Positions 16,706-23,064 of a stretch of DNA of 43,119 nucleotides are shown here, piece after piece. The translations under genes and the position numbers were made by a program. How positions within the stretch are numbered: position 1 is the first letter of the stretch; the number at the start of each line of letters is the position of its first letter. The notes beneath the pieces were generated by a model. That model had not been told where the DNA came from. It saw only the letters and a list, made by a program, of their open reading frames with translations, and did not search any database. Source of the DNA: Actinomycetota bacterium (GTDB lineage: Bacteria > Actinomycetota > Thermoleophilia > Gaiellales > Gaiellaceae); assembly GCA_013821525.1 (NCBI GenBank), contig JACDGR010000001.1:1-43119 (forward strand), given 5' to 3'.

Positions 16706-16770
16706 GTTATACGACGCGTTACTAACGCGTCGTATAACGCGTTACGTAACGCGTTACTAAATGCGTTACG
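16706..16770. repeat. Array of five GTAACGCGTTAC-type sites (nested perfect palindromes), candidate iteron or operator bank
   Basis: The ACGCGT cores are at 16714, 16725, 16737 and 16749, with ATGCGT at 16761. Centre-to-centre spacing is 11, 12, 12 and 12 bp. The array includes a 33-bp perfect palindrome (GTTATACGACGCGTTA-C-TAACGCGTCGTATAAC, 16706..16738) and a 20-bp perfect palindrome (AACGCGTTACGTAACGCGTT, 16736..16755). Confidence 0.85.
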
Positions 16771-17122
16771 CATGGAACTTCCCTGCCTCATCGCGGTGCG
16801 TCTCGCGCCACCTCTTCTGCCGATCAGCGACGACCGCTCGATGCTTCGCGAGTTCGGCCTTCGTCGGGTTGCGCTTGTTGAAGTTGTGGATCACGTAGCC
16901 GCTGCCACCGTTGAGTTTCCAGAGGCCCTGCTCGAGGATCTCGTCGAGGATCGCCTTTTTGCCGCGCGTGTACTCCTTCGCGATCGGCGCCGGTAGGTGC
17001 CCGTCCGTTTCGTGCTTCGCGGCGTATCCCCATGAGCGGAGGACGGCTCGGTGCGCGGCGTCGCTGAGTACAACGAGTTTCGGGTCGTCTACGAACGAGT
17101 CGTCGATGCGTAGCCACGTCAC
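16766..17122 (-). CDS. Putative DNA-binding (winged-helix-like) protein, possible replication organiser
   Basis: 118 aa, MTWLRIDDSFVDDPKLVVLSDAAHRAVLRSWGYAAKHETDGHLP...GLWKLNGGSGYVIHNFNKRNP. This W.R.DD.F..DPK...L...A pattern is common in actinophage DNA-binding or replisome-organiser-like proteins (recollection, not searched). The stop codon lies inside the fifth repeat site. Confidence 0.45.
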   Translation of the reverse strand: MTWLRIDDSFVDDPKLVVLSDAAHRAVLRSWGYAAKHETDGHLPAPIAKEYTRGKKAILDEILEQGLWKLNGGSGYVIHNFNKRNPTKAELAKHRAVVADRQKRWRETHRDEAGKFHA

Positions 17123-17616
17123 GCGGCGACCGCCTGATGCAGCATCTGCCGGTAGGCGAGTGCCAGGCCGATCGAGTCGAGTTCGTGTTCGTCGTATTCG
17201 ATGACGATCCCGGAGAACGCGATGTCGGCGACGGCTTCATGCCCTGACGTCTTCGTTGGTCCCGCTCCGAGTGTTTTGCGCCATTCGGATGCGGTCATGC
17301 CGGTGACGCTCATGCGTCGCGGTACGATCGCGCAGAGGGCGCCGTAGATGGGTAGGAGTTTGTCGAGGCCCATGCCGGCGGGGCGTTCGATCGCGACGTT
17401 GGTGATCTCGTAGACGCCAGCATTCCGATTCACTTCCACGATGCAGTCGTGGAGTGCGTCGGCTGCGGCCCTCGTGCGCAACGCTGCCCCGTTCTGGTGC
17501 CCGTCGTGCTGTTCGACGGGGCGGTGGGCGAGCCAAATCTGCATTGGCGGATCGAAGGTGATCGCGGCGCAGTGGATGGCACGCGTGCTCGAGTCAACCC
17601 CCATGACCAAGCTCAC
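17119..17616 (-). CDS. ruvC: RuvC-like Holliday junction resolvase
   Basis: 165 aa. The acidic catalytic residues are in RuvC order: MGVDSST, VAIERPAG, EHELDSIGLA. Confidence 0.75.
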   Translation of the reverse strand: MSLVMGVDSSTRAIHCAAITFDPPMQIWLAHRPVEQHDGHQNGAALRTRAAADALHDCIVEVNRNAGVYEITNVAIERPAGMGLDKLLPIYGALCAIVPRRMSVTGMTASEWRKTLGAGPTKTSGHEAVADIAFSGIVIEYDEHELDSIGLALAYRQMLHQAVAA

Positions 17617-17888
17617 GTGTCCCCCTGTGTGAGGCCGAGCAGGTCGAGGATCGTGTCGACGCCACGGTCGAATGCTTCGCGTTGCACTGTCGTCCAGTCG
17701 TGGTTACCGGCGTCCTCCCACGGGTAGGCGATCCGCGCCCTGATCTCCGCGCGTGCCGCCAACGGATACCAGATGCCGGGTTCGAGGTCTTCGTTCGTGA
17801 CGTAATCGCGAAACGTGCTGAACGTCTTCGATCCCGCCGCGTACTGCGCACGCCATACCGGCACGCCGTGGCTGGTTGGCGGCGTCAC
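17613..17888 (-). CDS. Hypothetical protein (91 aa)
   Basis: Track ORF 17613..17918 trimmed to GTG 17888. That start is preceded by AAGAGGAGG at 5 nt and overlaps the TGA of the 44-aa ORF (GTGA). Confidence 0.6.
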   Translation of the reverse strand: MTPPTSHGVPVWRAQYAAGSKTFSTFRDYVTNEDLEPGIWYPLAARAEIRARIAYPWEDAGNHDWTTVQREAFDRGVDTILDLLGLTQGDT

Positions 17889-18019
17889 GATGCCTCCTCT
17901 TTTCGGACGAACTCCCATGCGGGGTCGTGCGGCTTGAGCAGGACGTACCAGTAGCCGTCACGCTTCGTGAAGCGGTAGCGGTAGAACCAGAGAGACCGCT
18001 TGCGCTTGCGCTCAACCAT
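17885..18019 (-). CDS. Unlisted small basic protein (44 aa)
   Basis: ATG 18019 to TGA 17885: MVERKRKRSLWFYRYRFTKRDGYWYVLLKPHDPAWEFVRKEEAS. It fills the gap between two listed genes and is below the 60-aa track cutoff. It overlaps the upstream gene by 8 nt and is GTGA-coupled downstream. Confidence 0.5.
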   Translation of the reverse strand: MVERKRKRSLWFYRYRFTKRDGYWYVLLKPHDPAWEFVRKEEAS

Positions 18020-18287
18020 CCGATGCCTCCCCGCTCGACGTGAGGACGTCCAGCGTGGCGATTAATGCGATGCACGCATTCGCATGCGGCCCGGGAGACA
18101 TGAGTTGCGGAATCTCCGAGCGCAGGTTTCGCGCCGCTTCGATCACCGCAGTCCGGGCCGCGTCGATGGCAGCCGGGTACGCGACGTGGGTGGGATCCAT
18201 GAACCCAGAGCGGACGAACAGTTCCTGCTTGCCCGTCCCCCAGATCTGCGCGAGTCGCACCCCGTGGGTTTGCGGGTTAGTGGGCAT
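18012..18287 (-). CDS. Hypothetical protein (91 aa)
   Basis: ATG 18287 (MPTNPQTHGV...) with GGAG 7 nt upstream. The longest-ORF start is 18311. Confidence 0.55.
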   Translation of the reverse strand: MPTNPQTHGVRLAQIWGTGKQELFVRSGFMDPTHVAYPAAIDAARTAVIEAARNLRSEIPQLMSPGPHANACIALIATLDVLTSSGEASDG

Positions 18288-18900
18288 CGGGTGCTCCGAT
18301 CGCGAGGGCATCTAAGAGGCCACATGTGCAGGTGCCGTCAATCGTTGGGTCGCGGATGTCGCAGTCGATGTTGTGGATCCACGGGTACTCCATGAACCGC
18401 TTGAGGTCGCGTTCGGCCTGCTCCGCGCGCTCCGTGGCCGCGCGACGGTCATCAATCAGCGCGAGGATCCTCCGCGTGCGCCGGGATACGACATCGAGCG
18501 CGGCGTCGGCGCGGGCCTTCTCGGCGTCACGCTCGATCCTGGCACGGTTCCGCATGCGCTGCCAATCGGCGGGCGTCGTGATGATGCCCTCGCGTTGCGC
18601 CACGGGCTTCGCGTCCACCTGGGGGGCGGCCTCGTCGTTATGGCATACATCTTCCGCAGCGTCTGCCGTGGAAGAAACTCGGCATACCTGGGCCTCGAGG
18701 GTGGCGAGGTTCCGCGTTCCGGGCTTGCGCTCTAGCGCGTCGAGCCGGCGGTTGTCGGCCTGCAGCATCTCCATGTGCTCGCGCTGCTCGTCACGCAGGG
18801 CGAGGAGTTCGCGGGCGAGGACGTACATCAGAACCTCGATCGGCCAGTCGCGACCGATCGCAGGATTCGTCGCAATCTGTTCCAGCGTCGGGTCGGTCAT
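18277..18900 (-). CDS. Hypothetical coiled-coil protein (207 aa) with C-terminal Cys cluster
   Basis: Internal ATG 18900 (MTDPTLEQIATNPAIG...) overlaps the methyltransferase TGA (ATGA). Long Arg/Glu/Ala helical regions. The C-terminus is IDCDIRDPTIDGTCTCG. Confidence 0.6.
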   Translation of the reverse strand: MTDPTLEQIATNPAIGRDWPIEVLMYVLARELLALRDEQREHMEMLQADNRRLDALERKPGTRNLATLEAQVCRVSSTADAAEDVCHNDEAAPQVDAKPVAQREGIITTPADWQRMRNRARIERDAEKARADAALDVVSRRTRRILALIDDRRAATERAEQAERDLKRFMEYPWIHNIDCDIRDPTIDGTCTCGLLDALAIGAPDAH

Positions 18901-19877
18901 CGGTGTGCCTCCAGGAGCGTGAGTTGCTGCAACCGCTTCGCCGCGATCGCGATGTACTCGCTGTTCAACTCGATGCCGACCGCGTGGCGTCCGAGACGAC
19001 GCGCAACAAGCGCCGTCGTGCCGCTGCCCATAAACGGGTCGAGGATCGTGTCGCCCTCGCGGCTGCCCGCCTTGACGCATTTTTCGACGAGTGCCTGCGG
19101 GAATGTTGCAAAGTGTGCGAAAGACGTGGGTTCCGTAGATATGGACCACACGGAACGAGCGTTACGGGCTGCCGGGACCTCACCGGTGAATCTCACGCCG
19201 CCGCGCACCGTGGACTCGTCGTGACCGTCCTTTCGACTGGTGGCCGTCACCCCGGCGAACAGCGAAGCCTCCCGGATCGCGTCCGAATCGTAAAAGTACC
19301 GCGCGCTCTTCGTCATCAAAAAGACATACGAGTGGGCCTTCGTTGGCCTGTCCGTCACGCTCTCGGGCATCGGGTTCGGCCGCGCCCAGATCGTGTCGCT
19401 CCTGAGATACCAGCCGTCCGCGCGCAGGGCGAAGGCGAGCATCCAGGGAGCGCCGACGAGGTCTTTGGGCTTGAGGCCTGCGAGGTTTCGTGGCGCTCGG
19501 TTGCGACCGTTTTCGATGTGCGCGGTCTGCGCGGGCCCGCTTGATATCCGAAATCTGCCGGCACCGTTACCGCCCTCGGCGCGTGGGATCGTGTTACCGG
19601 CTGGCGTGGCGTTGTACGTGTCGCCGCATTCGAGCCACATCACGCCGTCCGACCGGAGTACGCGGCGTGCTTCGCGGAACACGGCGACGAGGCGCGCACA
19701 CCACTCGTCGGGCGTGTCCTCGAGTCCTATCTGACCCTCGCAACCATAGTCCCGCAACCCCCAAAAAGGCGGGCTCGTGACGATGCACTGCACCGATTCG
19801 TCGGGCATCTCGCGCAGGCGCTCGAGGGCGTCGCCTTGGACGATGCGGACGTCGTGGTCGTTGATCATCGACGTCAT
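18897..19877 (-). CDS. Beta-class DNA amino-methyltransferase, SPPF type (predicted N4-cytosine; N6-adenine not excluded)
   Basis: Internal ATG 19877 (MTSMINDHDVRIVQGDAL...), TGATG overlap with the upstream stop. Motif IV IVTSPPFWGLRDY precedes motif I ILDPFMGSGTTALVA, which is the beta-class order. 326 aa. Confidence 0.8.
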   Translation of the reverse strand: MTSMINDHDVRIVQGDALERLREMPDESVQCIVTSPPFWGLRDYGCEGQIGLEDTPDEWCARLVAVFREARRVLRSDGVMWLECGDTYNATPAGNTIPRAEGGNGAGRFRISSGPAQTAHIENGRNRAPRNLAGLKPKDLVGAPWMLAFALRADGWYLRSDTIWARPNPMPESVTDRPTKAHSYVFLMTKSARYFYDSDAIREASLFAGVTATSRKDGHDESTVRGGVRFTGEVPAARNARSVWSISTEPTSFAHFATFPQALVEKCVKAGSREGDTILDPFMGSGTTALVARRLGRHAVGIELNSEYIAIAAKRLQQLTLLEAHR

Positions 19878-20362
19878 CAGCGCACCCCTGTGATGCTCGA
19901 GCACGACCATTCGCGCCAAGACCCATCGCGGCGCACGAGTTGTGCGGCGGCGAGCGAGTTCGCGACGGGGTCGAACACGTCGAAGCTGGCGAATGGTGTG
20001 CGGCGCCACGTCGAGCCGAGGAACTGGAAGACGCCGCTTGCGCCGCTGCCGGCTTCGGCGGTGACTTGCGCGCCCATGCCGGATTCGCAGCGGGCGATCG
20101 TGCGCATCTCGTGTTCGGGTACGCCGAACGCGGCGGCGGCGAGGCGGATGGCGTAGGTGGCGTCACGCTGGTAGCGCACCGCGAGCCGGTGGCGCAGCAC
20201 CTGTCGTTCGTGCTTCGCCCACGCGAGGTCGTGATGGCACTGCTTGACGCTCGCGCATTTCGACGCCGGCCACGCTTCCGTGACGCCCCACGCGGCGCTC
20301 GCCCAGAAGACGACGCACGCGGCGAACAACGCGAACCAGACGAGGGGGGTAGGGAGGGTCAC
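19877..20362 (-). CDS. Membrane-anchored lytic transglycosylase-like protein (SLT-type domain)
   Basis: N-terminal hydrophobic segment LVWFALFAACVVFWASAAWGV, then IARCESGMGAQVTAEAGSGASGVFQFLGSTW (the E-S ... G.FQ...TW signature). GTG 20362 overlaps a TGA at 20359 (GTGA). The longest-ORF start is 20404. Confidence 0.7.
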   Translation of the reverse strand: MTLPTPLVWFALFAACVVFWASAAWGVTEAWPASKCASVKQCHHDLAWAKHERQVLRHRLAVRYQRDATYAIRLAAAAFGVPEHEMRTIARCESGMGAQVTAEAGSGASGVFQFLGSTWRRTPFASFDVFDPVANSLAAAQLVRRDGSWREWSCSSITGVR

Positions 20363-21158
20363 GCTGCCATCTCCATCACGAGGCGTCCGATGTGTTCGGC
20401 GCATTGGGGGACGACGGCGTTACCGAGGGACTTGAGTCTGTCCACCCGCTCGGGAACCCCATGAGCCATTCGACCCACGTCGGGTTCAGGGGTCCAAGTC
20501 CAACCGCCTCGTTTAGCGTCGGGCCACCTGCTCCCGGTCGTGTCGCTCTCTTTGTGTCCGTCTGTCCGCGCTCCCCGTCGCCCGCTCGCGAGGCGTAGGC
20601 CAGCGCAGCGCCATCTTCCGCAGCCCGCCCTCGTTTGGCCGATCCTTCCCCTTCGATCCGCGGGACCCGTTCGCATCCCCCGCAAGCGGCGTCGGCAGCA
20701 ACGATCCAGACGCGATCGCGCTTGTGGGGTGCGCCAACGTCCCGGGCGCCGAACACTGTCCATTCCGCATCGAACCCGAGCGCGGCAAGGTCAGCGAGCA
20801 CGAGGTCGAGTCCTCGAGTAAGGAGCCCTGGGACGTTCTCAGCGATGACGTAGCGGGGTCGAAGTACGCGAATGCATCGGGCGAACTCGGGCCAGAGCCA
20901 TCGTTCGTCGGCTTGTGCGAGTCCTTTGCCGGCGAGGCTGACGGGCTGGCAGGGGAATCCCCCGGCGAGCACGTCGACGCGGGGGGTGTCGGCGTCGATG
21001 GTGCGGATGTCGCCGTACTGGGGGGTGTCGGGCCAGTGGCGGGCGAGGATGCCTCGGCACCACGGGTCGATTTCGCACTGCCACGAGACGCGCATCCCGG
21101 CTCGCTCGAGGCCAAGGTCGATGCCGCCGATGCCGGAGAAGAGGCTGCCGACATTCAC
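20359..21158 (-). CDS. dcm: DNA (cytosine-5) methyltransferase whose conserved motifs are split between reading frames (frameshifted or disrupted)
   Basis: The frame of track ORF 20376..21212 has motif I LFSGIGG, motif IV GGFPCQ, motif VI AENVPGLL and motif VIII APHKRDRVWIVA. Motif X (LGNAVVPQCAEHIGRLV) sits in the -1 frame that ends at 20359. GTG 21158 overlaps the upstream TGA. The 800-nt span equals 3n-1, consistent with a net -1 shift. Confidence 0.75.
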
Positions 21159-21385
21159 TTCTCCGCCCGGATCTTCGCGAGTTCGCGCTTGCCTTTCGGC
21201 GTTACGACCCACCGGACGTATGAGCCGCGTCGGACGGGTTCGCGGCCACTACCGGGCACACGACGAGCATCCGCCGTACTTCCGCTATCAGCGGTTTTCC
21301 GGGTTGGTTCCCCGTCGCAACCATGCGGTTCAACGGGGTGGGGGATTCCTTCATCGAATCCCCCGTTTGAGTCAGTGAGCGGCAT
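21155..21385 (-). CDS. Doubtful small ORF (76 aa); possibly only the 3' third is coding
   Basis: ATG 21385 has a good GGGAGGA box 8 nt upstream. However, hand-counted third-position GC is only about 50% over the first ~45 codons, and the ORF contains the 21340..21364 inverted repeat. The C-terminal SYVRWVVTPKGKRELAKIRAEK part looks more protein-like. Confidence 0.35.
   Translation of the reverse strand: MPLTDSNGGFDEGIPHPVEPHGCDGEPTRKTADSGSTADARRVPGSGREPVRRGSYVRWVVTPKGKRELAKIRAEK
21340..21364. promoter_or_regulatory. Perfect 9-7-9 inverted repeat GGGGGATTC-cttcatc-GAATCCCCC, candidate attP core
   Basis: Read directly from the sequence. It lies 84 bp upstream of the integrase start in a region of weak coding signal. 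The geometry matches tyrosine-recombinase core sites (inverted binding arms around a 6-8 bp overlap). Confidence 0.35.
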
Positions 21386-21447
21386 TAGGGTATCCTCCCT
21401 GGTCAAGAGTCACAACCAGACACACAACGGGCATTGCTGGGAGAGCC

Positions 21448-22458
21448 GTGAGTAGCGTTTTTATCGTCAAGCGTGAGCTTGAGATCACTGAGAAGCACCC
21501 CGAGCAACGCTTTCGATTCGTCGTCCGCTGGTCGGAGGGCCGCGCGTACAAGGCGAAGCACCTCGGCTCGTACCCGACTCGCAAACTCGCGGAGACCCGC
21601 CAGCGGGCGGTGCTCGAGCAACTCGCGCGTGGCGAAGTTCCGACCCTGCGGATCCTGCCCGCCACGCGCCACGCGACGACCACGACGCGGATCCTCTGCG
21701 AGCGTTGGTTCGAAACCCGCGTGGACGTGAAGGACACGACGCGGGCGAACTTCCGCAACTCGATCAAGAACATCGTCGAGCGCTGGGGTGACGACGACCC
21801 CCACACGATCAGCAGCGAGGACGTGCAGGCGTGGGTCGCGGATCAGACCGCCGCGAAGAAGAGTCCCGGCACGATCAAGAACCGCCTCGGCTGCCTCTCG
21901 CAGATCCTCGCGTACGGCAAGGTTGAACCGAACCCCGTGCGGGACGTGAAGCTGCCGAAAGGGAAGCGCCGCAAGAGCGCCCTGCCATCCAGGGCCGAGC
22001 TCGCCCGCATGTACGCCGTCCTCCCGGAGAAGAACCGGGGTGTCGTCGCGCTGATGGAGCACGGCGGGCTGCGCGTCTCGTCTGCTGTTGCCGTGACGTG
22101 GGGTGACTGGGATCGCCCACGCCGCCGCCTGCTGGTGAACGACAAGACGGCAGCCGGCGAACGTTGGATCACCCAGATCGACGGTCTGCCCGTGATGCCC
22201 GAACGCCCCGACGGGGTTGCGGATGATGCGCGCGTGCATCAGAACGTGACGGCGAAGAGCGTCCACGCGGCGATGGTGCAGGCGTGCAAGCAGGCGGGCA
22301 TCCGACGGGTGACGCCTCATAGCCTCCGCCATTTGCACGCTTCGCGGCTGATGCACGAGATGGCGATGAGTCCCGCCGAGGTCGCCGTCCGCATGGGGCA
22401 CGCGAGCCCGTCGACCACGATCGCGCTCTATACGCACCTCGTGCCGCCGGAAGGGTAG
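21448..22458 (+). CDS. int: Tyrosine integrase
   Basis: 336 aa. The C-terminal catalytic signature is in order: GGLRVSSAVAVTWGD (Arg), HSLRHLHASRL (H-x-x-R), GHASPSTTIALYTH (His and Tyr nucleophile). It is one of only two + strand genes. Confidence 0.9.
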   Translation: MSSVFIVKRELEITEKHPEQRFRFVVRWSEGRAYKAKHLGSYPTRKLAETRQRAVLEQLARGEVPTLRILPATRHATTTTRILCERWFETRVDVKDTTRANFRNSIKNIVERWGDDDPHTISSEDVQAWVADQTAAKKSPGTIKNRLGCLSQILAYGKVEPNPVRDVKLPKGKRRKSALPSRAELARMYAVLPEKNRGVVALMEHGGLRVSSAVAVTWGDWDRPRRRLLVNDKTAAGERWITQIDGLPVMPERPDGVADDARVHQNVTAKSVHAAMVQACKQAGIRRVTPHSLRHLHASRLMHEMAMSPAEVAVRMGHASPSTTIALYTHLVPPEG

Positions 22459-22460
22459 GG

Positions 22461-22664
22461 TCACGTGTTTCCCCGTCTGATCCGCTCGTCGAGCGCGCGC
22501 CGCTCGATGAAGATCCGCCGCACACCATCGATCTGACGGAGCTCGCCCGGCTGCGACGCGATCTTCCGCACGACGTTCTCCGCACGGCTGATCGGCCAGT
22601 TGAACAACTCCGCCACATCCGACGCGGCCAGCCAATCCGACGGCTGCGGCTTGCGGGTACTCAC
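22461..22664 (-). CDS. xis: Excisionase-like HTH DNA-binding protein
   Basis: 67 aa. WLAASDVAELFNWPISRAENVVRKI...RRIFIERRALDERI resembles excisionase/MerR-type HTH proteins. It converges on the int 3' end with a 2-nt gap. Confidence 0.55.
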   Translation of the reverse strand: MSTRKPQPSDWLAASDVAELFNWPISRAENVVRKIASQPGELRQIDGVRRIFIERRALDERIRRGNT

Positions 22665-22834
22665 GACTTCCTCCGCCGCAGGTTCGCGACGCGAATGATC
22701 TCGTCTGCGCGTCGCCGCGAGCAGATAGCGCAGATCATCTCCATGTTCGACATCGCGAGGATCGTCGTGCAGCGACGACCCGCATACCCAGCGCAGACAC
22801 GGCCGGACTCTTGGAGTTCACGGGGGCGGGTCAC
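22661..22834 (-). CDS. Small Cys-rich protein (57 aa)
   Basis: GTG 22834 overlaps the upstream TGA (GTGA). The sequence is ...GRVCAGYAGRRCTTILAMSNMEMICAICSRR, with four Cys in a zinc-ribbon-like spacing. Confidence 0.5.
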   Translation of the reverse strand: MTRPRELQESGRVCAGYAGRRCTTILAMSNMEMICAICSRRRADEIIRVANLRRRKS

Positions 22835-23064
22835 TCGTCCTCCACCTCGACGCACGCGACGAGCTGCTCGCGTGCCAGCCAGAGGGACGCCATCGCGTCG
22901 GCGTACATCTGCTCGCGTGGCGAGCGGATCGCGTCGAACGTCAGGCTCTTGAGCATCTCCTGGTACGCGAGCCGCGCCATCGTCAACGTCTGGTCGAGGG
23001 AGACGATCACGTCGAACGGGCTCGTGCCGTGATCGAGATGGCTGATGTTGTCGGGGTTGCTCAT
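22831..23064 (-). CDS. Hypothetical protein (77 aa)
   Basis: Internal ATG 23064 (MSNPDNISHLDHG...) overlaps the exonuclease TGA (ATGA). Confidence 0.55.
   Translation of the reverse strand: MSNPDNISHLDHGTSPFDVIVSLDQTLTMARLAYQEMLKSLTFDAIRSPREQMYADAMASLWLAREQLVACVEVEDE

Noticed and set aside
16706-16770. The repeat array as a CRISPR array.
   Set aside because: The units are about 12 bp, abut one another with no spacers, and are palindromic half-site arrays. No cas genes or leader are present.
21320-21370. The GGTTCAA / GGGGGATTC...GAATCCCCC region as a tRNA gene or tRNA 3' fragment, which would be a classical attP core.
   Set aside because: The stem is 9 bp with a 7-nt loop that lacks the TTCRANY T-loop consensus. 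No acceptor or anticodon arms can be drawn around it on either strand.
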